Assembly (NCBI RefSeq): GCF_006345805.1
Contig: NC_043020.1
Span: forward strand, 17,980,001-18,044,000
Origin: Octopus sinensis
Taxonomy: Eukaryota
DNA length: 64,000 nucleotides
Direction of reading: 5' to 3'
Both the position numbers and the translations under genes were made by a program. The notes under the pieces were generated by a model that did not search any database, had not been told where the DNA came from, and was given only the letters and a program-made list of their open reading frames with translations. The number at the start of each line of letters is the position of its first letter. Position 1 is the first letter of the stretch. Shown here in pieces: positions 24,550-35,971 of the stretch.

Positions 24550-26306
24550 CTGTTGTTTTTTTTTTTTAATAAAAATTAGAATTTTTTTAAAGTATGACAG
24601 TAAACAACAAAAAAATATTTTGAAATATATTTTTCAAATATAATTTGTTTTTGCCTTTTTTTTTCCATGCTACAATGGATGGGATGAATGTAATATTGCA
24701 GTCTTAAAAAATTTATTTTACAGCTGGATGCCTTTCTTGTTGCTAACTCTTATCTGCTTTTCATGTAAGGGATCTCTTATTTTACTCATCTTCAGAGGCA
24801 CAAAGCCAGTAACCAATTTGTTGACAATTGAAGAAGACCTGTCCTCCATGGCAAAAGTATTAAGATTGCATTTCTTGGTGAAGAGGATTGGCCTGTTGGA
24901 GTCCTGTGCTGGTGCCACGTAAGAAGCACATTCTGGCACCATGTAAAAGTGCTCGTGCCAGTGCCACATTAAAAGCACCCAGTACACACTGTAAAGTGGA
25001 TGGCATCAGGAAGGGCATCCAGCTTTGGACAAATTGTCCAACCCATGCCAGCATGGAAAACAGACATTAAAAGATGATGATGATGATGAAATGGTCAGAA
25101 CATCACTACACAGAAGTATTACTTTACCTGTCCCTTTATAAATACTCCTCATATCCTCCTTCCTATCACACTTTAATCTGTTACAGTAACTCCCTACCTT
25201 TTGGTCTCTTCCTTCACACAGTTCTTTAATTTCCTCTTTGAGTCTAATTTTGTGATTATAAGAAACATGTATCATCAGTGTCATCACAGACATTGCCTTC
25301 AGAATAGGTATCATGAAGCATCTTGTCTGCTGCTATGACAAACCCCATTAATCCATCAGATGGGATAGTACCTTATTTATCAAATGAGAAAGGTCGAATG
25401 GTAAAATTGACCTTGGTAAGACTTGAACTCAAAGTGCACAGAGTCAGAGCAAGTACCTCAAAACATCTGGGAGTGAGAACTAAACTGGCACTCCATTGGT
25501 TATGATGATGAGCGTTCCAGTTGATCTGATCAATGAGCAGCCTGCTTGTGAAATCAACATGCAAGTGGCTGAGCACTCTACAAACATGTGTAGCCTTAAC
25601 CCTTTCGTTACAGTATTTATCTTGAGATGCTCTCTGTTTCTTTCAATTACTTTAAATATAACAAAGAATTTAGTAAAATAACTTAGTTATCCTGTTGTGT
25701 CTGGGGAGAACACTCACTGGTAAAATTTCCACTTTTTTCTTATTTTTATTTTCCTAAAATTTTCGTTGCGTCTTGCAACCTTTTCAATAGTTTTGATTCT
25801 GTCCGTTATTTACACGCAGGAATTTTAGGAAAATAAAAATAAGAAAAATGTGGAAATTTTACCAGTGAGTGTGTTACATTATAAGGCACAAAAAGAAAAT
25901 GACTCTCCCCAGACACAACAGAATATGCTTCAACACACAAACTCATATAAAGAATCTTGCAAACCAAATCCAAAAACGAAACTTAGTTATCATTCAGCTG
26001 GTGTTAGGAACATAAATTGTGACTAAGGTTTGGTGGAAGATTTTAATTCAAAACTTATGAAAACAAGACATTTGTACTGAGAGCCAGAGCCGGTTTCAGC
26101 CAGGTTGGTAACAAAAGGGTTAACATAGTTCTCGGGTTTGCTTCCTGAAAAGGGTTGTCTATACACAGTCATTCACTCTGCTAAAAATAGCAGCTAATCT
26201 CAAGTTACATCCGTCTTAAAAAAGATTTGATCAAAGACTTTGCAATTAGAAAAAGTAGAAAGCTTTTCAAATATAAAGTGGAAGTAAACAAAAATAAACA
26301 TTAGTA

Positions 26307-26695
26307 GGTGTAGGAGTGGCTGTGTGGTAAGAGCTTGCTTATGAACCACATGGTTCCGGGTTCAGTCCCACTGCATGGCATCTTGGGCAAGTGTCTTCTA
26401 CTATAGCCTTGGGCTGACCAAAGCCTTATGAGTGGATTTGGTAGACGGAAACTGAAAGAAGCCCATCGTATATGTGTATTTACATATATATATATATGTG
26501 TGTGTCTGTGTTTGTCCACCCAACATCGCTTGACAACCGATGCTGGTGTGTTTACGTCCCCGTAACTTAGCGGTTCAGCAAAAGAGACCGATAGAATAAG
26601 TACTAGGCTTACAAAGAATAAGTCCTGGGGTCGATTTGCTCGACTAAAGGCAGTGCTCCAACATGGCCACAGTCACATGACTGAAACAAGTAAGA
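26307..26695 (+). mobile_element. tRNA-derived SINE, intact representative of the most abundant family
   Basis: A/B-box-like head (TGGCTGTGTGGTAAG...GGTTCAGTCCC), central (TA/TG)n, conserved tail; many copies on both strands, e.g. 20950, 30080, 36007, 47260, 50600, 55500, 59971, 62850. Confidence 0.85.
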
Positions 26696-26871
26696 GGGTA
26701 AAGAGAGTATTGTTTTCCATCTTAGTTATGTTTCATTTCGAAAAATAATTTATTTTACAGCTTATTATTGTTTAATTTTTGAATTACATGTATATGGGGG
26801 CACCAAAATCTTTTAATGTAGACCTAGTTGCATATAAAAAAATGGTAAAAGAAGCATAAACTTTCACTTAC

Positions 26872-27062
26872 TTTGCAATTTCCAAGGCTGGAACACAGGC
26901 GCCAGGACGATAAGTGTTCATACCACGATATTCTTTAGCAAACACAAAATCCTGTAGATTGACTTTGCCTTCCAGCATTTTGCGACATTGTGTCTGTACA
27001 TAGTTTTTCACTCGAGACACATCACGTGTGCTGAATAAAATCTTGAGAGAGCGTTCCAAAAT
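26872..27062 (-). CDS. REV3L: REV3L exon
   Basis: ILERSLKILFSTRDVSRVKNYVQTQCRKMLEGK...FAKEYRGMNTYRPGACVPALEIA. Confidence 0.97.
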
Positions 27063-28301
27063 CTGAAAGTAGGAAAACAAGTATTTTATTTTTTAAAATA
27101 CAAAATCCTCCATTAATTTTTTTTTTCATTTCAATTGAAAGACCTTTTGTACCTTCTGATCATTTCGTTTTGCATTTTTTCCCATCAGTAACCCTGCCAT
27201 CTTCCTCCTTTAACATCTGTTTTCCATGCTGGCATGGGTTAGACAATTTGACAAAAGCTAGTAAGCTGGAGAGCTGTACCAAGTTCCAGTCTGATTTTGA
27301 TATGGTTTCTATGGCTGGATGCTCTTCCTAACCCTCCAACCACTTTACAATGTGTGCTGGGTACTTTTAATCTAGCACCGGCATGAGTACTTTTATGTGA
27401 TGCCAGCACAGGGCTATGTGCACTCACATATACCCTCACTGGAAGAAAACAATAATGTCTTTGGTACTAGAATCGTGATGCTTTCCATTTCACAACTGAT
27501 GAAAGGACCCAGCTTGTGCACATCCGTTTGAGTTGTTCTTTTGTTCTTGTAAATTACCTTGTTGTTTGTCTGAACCACATTTTTCAGAACATACTATGAC
27601 AATCTTTTACACAGTTTCCATCTGCCAAATTCATTCTTGGTTGACCCGGGACTATTGTAGAAATCACTTAACCAACATGCCATCATGCAGTGGGACTGAA
27701 CCTGAAACCATGTAATTGTAAAGTTAGCACCTCAACCACCTAACCATGCCCATGTGTATGTGCCAGTAATATTCCTTCACTGTTACATCTGCTTAACCTC
27801 TTCCTCTCTGATAACTATACTTGGCCTATGGAATGCTCACTCGGCACAAAGTTCCAATAGCTTGGATATTCTAGAAACAGCTGTTAGTGACTATTCTTGT
27901 TTCAGTCATTTAACTGTGGCCATGATGGCACACCACCTTTCAGTCAAAAAAATTGACCCCTGAACTTATTCTTTATAAGCCTACTGCTTACTCTATCAGT
28001 TTCTTGTGCTGAACTGCTAAGTTACAGGGATGTAAACACCAACATCAGTTGTCAAGTGATGGTCGTGGGGACAAATACAGACACACACATAAATATATAC
28101 ATATATATCGACAACAGGCTTCTTTCAGTTTCCATCTACAAAATCCACCCACAAGGCTTTAGTTGGCCTGAGGCTATAACAGAAGACACTTACCCAAGGT
28201 GCCACACAGTGGGACTGAACCCAGAACCATGTGGTTGGGAAGCAAGCTTGCTTATTGCTACATAGTCACACCTGTATCTATGTATGCCTTTTTCTTATAT
28301 T

Positions 28302-28596
28302 TTTTTTATTTATGCGCCCTTTTCAAGCCTAGCCAGGCTCATGGGCCCAGTTTCTGTGGCGTATGTGTTCCCCTCAGCTGGACGGGGCGCCAGTCCATCG
28401 CAGTGTTACTCAAGAAACAGGAAGAAAGAGTGAGAGAAAGAGTACAACAGGGGTCGCCACCACCTCCTGCTGGAGCCTCATAGAGCTTTAGCTGTTTTCC
28501 CTCAATACACACACACAGCGCCCGGTCTGGGAATCGAAACCGCAATCCCCCGACCGCGAGTCCGCTGCCCTAACCACTGGGCCATTGCGCCTCCAC
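28302..28596 (-). mobile_element. tRNA(Arg)-like-headed SINE with an A-rich tail
   Basis: GGCGCAATGGCCCAGTGGTTAGGGCAGCGGACTCGCGGTC...GGTTTCGATTCCC head, then body and poly(A). Confidence 0.75.
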
Positions 28597-29148
28597 CCTT
28601 TTTCTTATATATCTAAATGAAATGTCCTTGGCAAATGGTTTGCCTTTTCATTTCTGTTTTAATTTATATACATGCATACATGTGTGTGTGTGTGTTACTG
28701 TCTCTTTTCCTTGACATCATGTGATGGCTGTAAGCAAGTGTCACCGTCATTTCCAATAATCTGTGGAGATATATCTGGTCATAGGAAATGAGGGTTGCTA
28801 ACAGAAAGTGCATTCAGCCATAGAAGATTCACCTCAACAAATTCTGTCTGCCCATGGCGAACACCGAAAAGTGGACATTAAATAATGACGATGATGAACA
28901 ATGAAACGCAAGAGTTTAACCCTTTAGTGTTCAGATTATTCTGTAAAATGTTAGGCTTATGTATTCACACCATGTAAAATTAATCTTGCATCATTTCATC
29001 GCTTTGAGATTTCAATGATGTGATTGTTTATTTTTAAAATGACACAATAAGATAGCTATGAATGACGATATCTGACTAGTCTGAACATAAAACAGGTAGA
29101 ATATTTTGGCCGGATAGGGCCAGTTTAAACACTAAAGGGTTAAATTAC

Positions 29149-29286
29149 CTTGGCAGTAGCAGGACATCCATCTCGCCTCACGGTCTCAATTCCTTTGGCA
29201 TCAAACACTGGTTCCTTCTGGTTAACAGACTCGTACATAAACCCTGAGTACCGCTTTTTAGTTTGCAGTACACATGGTAGATACAC
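29149..29286 (-). CDS. REV3L: REV3L exon
   Basis: VYLPCVLQTKKRYSGFMYESVNQKEPVFDAKGIETVRRDGCPATAK. Confidence 0.97.
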
Positions 29287-30193
29287 CTGAGACAAACAGA
29301 CAGAAAAAAACCAAACACGGTTTGTATATTTTTAATTGTATTTTGTGAACAAGAACGACATATCAGTTATAGGTTTACTAGTTTCATTGCATCTACAATG
29401 GGGAGAATACCTGTTACCTTGGCGAGAGGAGAAATAGCACAATGCATTTTTATTCAAATGCACCAATTTATTGGTGCATTCAGCACTGCGTCCTTCAAAA
29501 CTTCCATGCTTTCTGAGATTCACCAACACTACACCTGATTTTCTCCCCTCCATACACACACAAGCATGTATCTGACTCATACATTGTTCGCTTTCCAGAC
29601 ATTTGTACATTACTACATATACTCTATACACACTTTCTGACAAGTTGTGGTGCACCTGAGCAATGTATACAATAATTTCATTATCATTATTATTATTATT
29701 GTTTTTATTGCCAATATTTTAGATCTTCCTAAGGCGGTGAGCTGGCAGAATTGTTACTGCACCAGGCAAAATGCTTAGTAGCGTTTTGTCCATTTTTATG
29801 TTCTGAGTTCAAATGACACTGAGGTGAGCTTTACCTTTTATCCTTTCAAGGTTGATAAAGTAAGAACCAGTCAATCACTGGGGTTGATGTAATTGACTTG
29901 TTCTACTCCCTGATGTTGCTGGCCTTGTGGCAAAATTTGAAACAGGTATTTAGATCTTTCATTAATATACATTACTCTTTTACTTGTTTCAGTCATTTGA
30001 TTGCGGCCATGCTGGAGCACTGCCTTTAGTTGAGCAAATCGACCCCAGGACTTATTCTTTGTAAGCCTAGTACTTATTCTATTGGTTTATTTTGCCGAAC
30101 CGCTAAGTGATGGGGACATAAACATACCAGCATCGGTTGTCAAGCGATGTTGGGGGGACAAACACAGACACACAAACGTATACACACACACAC

Positions 30194-30224
<31 letters not shown>

Positions 30225-30638
30225 ACGATGGGCTTCTTTCAGTTTCTGTCTACCAAATCCACTCACAAGGCTTTGGTCGGCTCGAAGCTATAGTTGAAGA
30301 CACTTACCCAAGGTGCCAAGCAGTGGGACTAAACCCAGAACCATGTGGTTGGTAAGCTAGCTACTTACCACACAGCCACTCCTGCGCCTATATCGGCAAG
30401 AAATACACAAACATATACACACACACACAAACACATATATGATGGGCTTCTTTCAATGTCTGTCTACCACATCCACTCACAAGGGTTTTGTCAGCCTAGA
30501 AGACACTTGCCCAAGGTACCAGGTACTGAACCTGAAGCCATGTGATTGGGAAGCAAGCTTCTTACCACACAGCCACACCAATGCCTAGGTGATGCTTGTA
30601 TATTAAAAAGCAGTCTTTTCAGCCAGACATTGACTTAC

Positions 30639-30753
30639 CTTCTCGAATTTCAATTTAACAGGTTTAGGATTGGTCTCTGTTACAACTTGTGCAATGTGTT
30701 GGCCCAGTACGATGGCACCTTCTTTACTGTAACCTTTCAACTGGATAAAGATA
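30639..30753 (-). CDS. REV3L: REV3L exon
   Basis: IFIQLKGYSKEGAIVLGQHIAQVVTETNPKPVKLKFEK|gtaagt. Confidence 0.96.
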
Positions 30754-33581
30754 CTGAAAATATGGGAAAAGAAAAATACTATATTGGTTAATTATAGACT
30801 AGTTAGATTAAGAATTTATTACTTAATACCAAGTCACTAGCCAAGCTCTGCAAAATCAGCTTGAAGGTGTAGAAGATTTCTATGCACAACATTCAATATA
30901 TTATGGAAGGAATCAAACCCAATGCTGAACTTTATGGTCTTTTATTTCCAATAAAAACTGTCAAAAATTAATACTTATTTATTCACATTGTTTTGAATTA
31001 ATCATAGTTTGAGATTTCAAATATGTGACTTTATTTTTAAAGCAACATTGTAGGGTAGATGAGAGAGGCCAGATCTGGCAGGTTTGAACATAAAACAGGT
31101 AGAATATTTGGGCTGGTTATGGCCAATTTAAATGCTAATGGGTTAAGATTATTGGTCCCTGTCTGAGGAGTAAAGATGAGTTTGTACTGAGACAGTAAAT
31201 CTGGTTTGGAATCTTATTCACAGTATTAGATGGAGAGATTAACCAAGCTTTATGTATAACAACCAATGTGTGCAAGACTGGGATAAAATTGGAAAATCTG
31301 CCCACCTTCATACTGGTGGGGGTCATTTATTGGGAGTGTCTGAGTTCACTCACAGAAGAAGGAGAATATTAAGTCACCTAGAATTGCTCAGCATTTGTTT
31401 CCTAGAGAAGGCGCATGGATCATGAGGTTGTGAGTTCGAATCCTGGACTGGGTGATGTGTTGTGTTCTTGAGCAAGACACTTTATTTCACGTTGCTCCCG
31501 TTCACTTAGCTGTAGAAATGAGTTGCGACATCACAGGTGCCAAGCTGTATTGGCCTCTGCCTTTCCCTTGGATAACACTGGTTACGTGGAGAGGAGAAGG
31601 TCGGTATGCATGGGCGACTGCTGGTCTCCCATAAACAACCTTGCCCAGACTTGTGCCTAGGAGGGTAACTTTCAAGGTGCAATCCCACGGACAGTCATGA
31701 CTGAAGGGGGTCTCAATATGTTTCCTACCAAAATCTCACAAAATGAATGATAATGTGAGATTTCAATTAACACTAACTCTCATCAATCAAAAAATTCTGG
31801 AAAGGAAATGGGGCAAATATGCTACAGGTTGATGCTAGATGAAACTGCATCATTTTCAAAAGATTCCCTGCCCTATACATTAGTATATATGCTACAATTT
31901 GATCTAGGATCAAATTGTCTGTAAACTTCAAAAACTTCTATGGTCCTTGATCAAAATACAGGGTATCCATAAATTACCTTTACAATTTGAAAAATATTAG
32001 GGATAACTTATCAGATTGCATGCAACCAATGAAGCCTGTGTGGAAGTGTTCTGATATTTCTAAGAAAACATTGTTTTACACTTTCTTTTCTTTTATCTTT
32101 TCCTTGTTTCAAGCATTAGACTGCAGTGTTGGACTGCTGGGGCACTGACCTGAAGAATTTTTAGTCGAATTTATCAACTCCAGTACTTATTTTCTTTTTA
32201 AGCTTGGTACTTATTCTGCCAGTCTCCCTTGCCGGACAGCTAGGTTATGGGGACAAAAACACACCAACACCAGTTGTCAAGCAGTGGGGAGGGGAACAAA
32301 GACATACACATATAGATATATACAATGGGCTTCTTTCATTCTCCATCAATCAAATCCACTCACAAAGCTTTGGTCAGCCAGAAGCTGTAGGAGAAGATAC
32401 TTGTCCAAGCAACGCAGTGGGCCTGAACCTAGAGGCATGTGGTTGCGAAGTAAGCTTCTTAGCACAAAGCCACACCTGTGCCTACCTGTGATTTTCAATA
32501 AACTCTGCTAACTTATCCATTTTTTCTTTTTTTTTCCAAATTTATAGACATCCTGTCTATATGTTAATTTCAAAGATTTCAAACTGGCCATATTCAGCCC
32601 TGTTTTAATCTTCAAACTGGACAGATCCAGCCCCTCACACTTACTCTACAATATTATTCTAAAAATAAACAATCACATCATCAAAATCTCAAAGCTACAA
32701 GGTAATGCTTGACTAATTCAAATCAGTGTGAATAAATAATCATTACATTTGACAGAAATCCAAATGCTAAAAGGTTAAGAATAACCTCCTTCTGCCCTTT
32801 TACTATTGACGACTGAATCAACAATTTCTATCTCAGCCAAATATACCATGCAGCATGTAAAAATGATTTAAACCAAGCATATCTGGCCATAATAATCTAC
32901 ATGTTTTATCTTCAAACTGGCCAGATCCAGCCTCTCACACTTGTCCTACAATATTATTCTAAAAATAAACAATCACATCATCAAAATCTCAAAGCTACAA
33001 GATAATGCTTGACTAATTCAAATCAGTGTGAATAAATAATCATTACATTTGACGGAAAAATCTGAATGCTAAAGGGTTAAAAATGCTCCCAGAACGATCA
33101 CATAAACCGATCACCCAGTGTACGTGTGCAGTTATGAGGTGGCGTTTCTTCTACTTCTCACTTAGACAAACCGGCAATGGAGCACACATAACAACGCGCG
33201 CTCGAATCCGGGGGTAAGACGACGATGATAACTGCAAAGTCGTTCGCCACCGCAAACACTTCTTCGCCCCACCCGACCAGCGTGATCAACGAACGGCAGA
33301 TAACGCCACCGTCACCACCTCCGCCGCTTGATCGCGCTTAAGTTCGCCGTCTTTCGCACCTTACCTCCTTCCGCCTTGAAGGGGCGGATCGTGTCATTCG
33401 CGAGAACAGACTCAATAGATCACAGTGTGGTAGCTGCTCTACTAAGCACGTCACTCCGAACGGCAAGTCAGGTCGTCTGCAAGCGATCCCTTTCATCTCG
33501 ATCACTTCGAACGAGTCGGGGCGGGCCGCGTAGACGATGACAATCACAGAAAGATCACAGAATCAGCTGTCATTAACTTAC

Positions 33582-33691
33582 CTGTCTGTATCTCCATATA
33601 TCACCTTTGCTCCCCAACCAGGTGTATCTTCAATCAGTTTTATTGCTCTTTCCAGTGTCTCTCGAGCCTTTCGTACAATGCTGTCTGCCAC
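33582..33691 (-). CDS. REV3L: REV3L exon (catalytic YGDTD, region I)
   Basis: VADSIVRKARETLERAIKLIEDTPGWGAKVIYGDTD|gtaagt. Confidence 0.97.
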
Positions 33692-34287
33692 CTATGTTAA
33701 AAATGGAAAGGTTAGGTTTAATGGTGAGTGACTACACAAAGTGTGGGTTGTCATTGCAGTAGAGCTAACAGAAAGATGGCATTTATTGGCTTCAGACAGA
33801 AATTGAATTAAGCACTGCAAGCCAACAGTATCAGCTGAGGTGGGGCCATCTTAACAGCTTTATAGGCCCTGGAGTAAATCAGTACACTGGGTCCTATAGT
33901 ACTTTTTATTGACAAGACACAATATACATAATCAGAATTGAGCCCCTAGACTAGTCAGTCCTTGGGCAGCTTCCCTGTATGCACATGTCTTAAGATGGCC
34001 CTGAGCTGAGGTATTGAACAACTTCAGCAATCATGATAGCCTTTAAGAGTAATACAAGCAAACTCTTAGAACTCTTACTCAGAAACACAAACCAATGATG
34101 GTTGTAAGATTCGAACTTATGACCATGTGGTCTGCAGTCCAGTACTTTACCGCTACAGCCATTGTACCTTGTAGGCTATTAAAAAAAAACGAGGATGGGA
34201 TGGAATGAAGAATGTCCGCATTTCACAGTCTTAAAACTTGTTTACAATAATCACAGTAGAAAATATAAAGAAATAGTGACTACTTAC

Positions 34288-34395
34288 CTCAATACAGGGC
34301 ATTCTTCCAGAGAAATTGGCCCCTGTATAACCATAGGTAACATTGGCAATCAGCTTTAGCCCCAGCTGTCGGGCATGCAACAATTTCAGCAGATT
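34288..34395 (-). CDS. REV3L: REV3L exon (PolB region III)
   Basis: NLLKLLHARQLGLKLIANVTYGYTGANFSGRMPCIE|gtaagt. Confidence 0.97.
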
Positions 34396-35054
34396 CTGAT
34401 GATTAAAGAAAAGAAATATGAGAAAAAAGAAGAAAAAAACACCCCCACCAGCTATGTGGTTAAGATGTTTGTTTCACAACCACATGGTTTCAGGTTCAAT
34501 CCCTACAGTTTCACCATTGTTTCAGGTTGACCAACGTCTTCTGGATGAAATCAACACCATCTTTGTCTCTCTCTCTTTTCCCAGCTCCACACCAATCACT
34601 CCAACCCAGTCTTGTATAATGTCAGCATTCATGTATCTCCTCTACAGCAAGAAACCTGTTCTGGCCCCTTCCTTCATACTCTAACCTTTAACCTCCAAAC
34701 ATAAAACTACTTCTCTCTCTACTGTAGTCACAATCAGTTGAAGGGGATCTTAGTCTTGTGGGCTGCATGGTGAAGGTACATAGCTTAGTGGTTAGGGCAT
34801 TCAGCTCATGATTGTAAGGTCATGAGTTTGATTCCCAGTGGTGCATTGTGTCCTTGGGCAAGACACTTTATCTCACATTGCTCCAGTCCACTCAGTTGGC
34901 AAAAATGTGTAGTACCTATTTCAAAGGGCCAGCCTTGTCACACTGTGTATTGAGATAAGTAGTTACTATTTCTCTGTAAACTGTGCCAAAGTAAATACTG
35001 GAGCATGATGTAGTCCTTTGACCCCTCCATTGGGGCCAACCAGACTGTGTAACC

Positions 35055-35347
35055 CAGTGCTACTCAAAGTGGTGGTTCATGGACCGGTTCTGGTCTGTGA
35101 GCCATCAGCTGCCGGTATGCGGTGAGTTTCCAGAAAAGAAACAAACATTATAAAATGCTTATGTAATATTGTATTATTTGTTTACAAAATAAATATATTA
35201 AAAAATAATATCAATTTTTATTATATTCATTATATATATATTGTTTCTGGTACAAATTAATATTACTAAGAAATATTACCAGTCCCTGACATATTGGGGG
35301 AAAAAAAAACTGCCAGTACACCACATCAGATAGTTTGCAAAGCACTG
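35055..35347. mobile_element. hAT (Charlie-like) MITE
   Basis: CAGTGCT...AGCACTG termini; 8-bp TSD gtgtaacc/gtctaacc. Confidence 0.75.
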
Positions 35348-35904
35348 GTCTAACCTATGCCAGCATGTTAAGGCAGCGAGCTAGTAGAAACATTAGCACG
35401 CCGGGTGAAATGCTTAGCAGTATTTCATCTGCTGTTACGTTATGAGTTCAAATTCCGCCGAGGTCGACTTTGCCTTTCATCCTTCCGGGGTTGATAAATT
35501 AAGTACCAGTTATGCACTGGATTCAATGTAATCGACTTAATCCGTTTGTCTGTCCTTGTTTGTCCCTTCTGTGTTTAGCCCCTTGTGGGTAGTAAAGAAA
35601 TAAGCATGGAAGATGGCTGTTGAAAGATGATGATAATGAGGGAGACTGTAAGGCAACCTGATTTCTTCTCTGTTGTATATGTACATGTGGTGTATGTATG
35701 TATATTTGGTACCAGTGGAAAATGACAGACAAGTAGGAGGCTTGGAGTCTTGCTGTGGCCAATTCCACTTCAATACTGTAGAAAACAAGTCATGAGTATG
35801 AATCCAGTTGTCAAATGATTTACACAGAAAATGATTTTATGATATAAAGAATATTTAAAAAAATTTTTTCAAATGAAAGAAGCAACTGAACAATGATAAC
35901 TTAC

Positions 35905-35971
35905 TTTGTCATCACAATTCTTCATTGATTTTTTGACCATCAAACGAGTATTCAAAATTTCTTCTACCATG
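35905..35971 (-). CDS. REV3L: REV3L exon
   Basis: tctag|C...AAA|gtaagt; MVEEILNTRLMVKKSMKNCDDK. Confidence 0.93.

Noticed and set aside
22950-25273. About 48-bp direct repeat at 22950-22998 and 25225-25273 flanking exon 24258-24549
   Set aside because: Short, diverged and same-orientation; most likely fragments of a dispersed repeat.
33085-33555. Identification of the CpG island as RNase P/MRP, SRP, U3 or telomerase RNA
   Set aside because: The diagnostic motifs (GAAAGTC/P4, SRP S-domain, box C'/D, CTAACCCT template) were not found by eye.
34097-34162. tRNA-Cys-like sequence on the minus strand
   Set aside because: Acceptor and anticodon stems do not pair, and it resembles the SINE heads; not called a tRNA gene.
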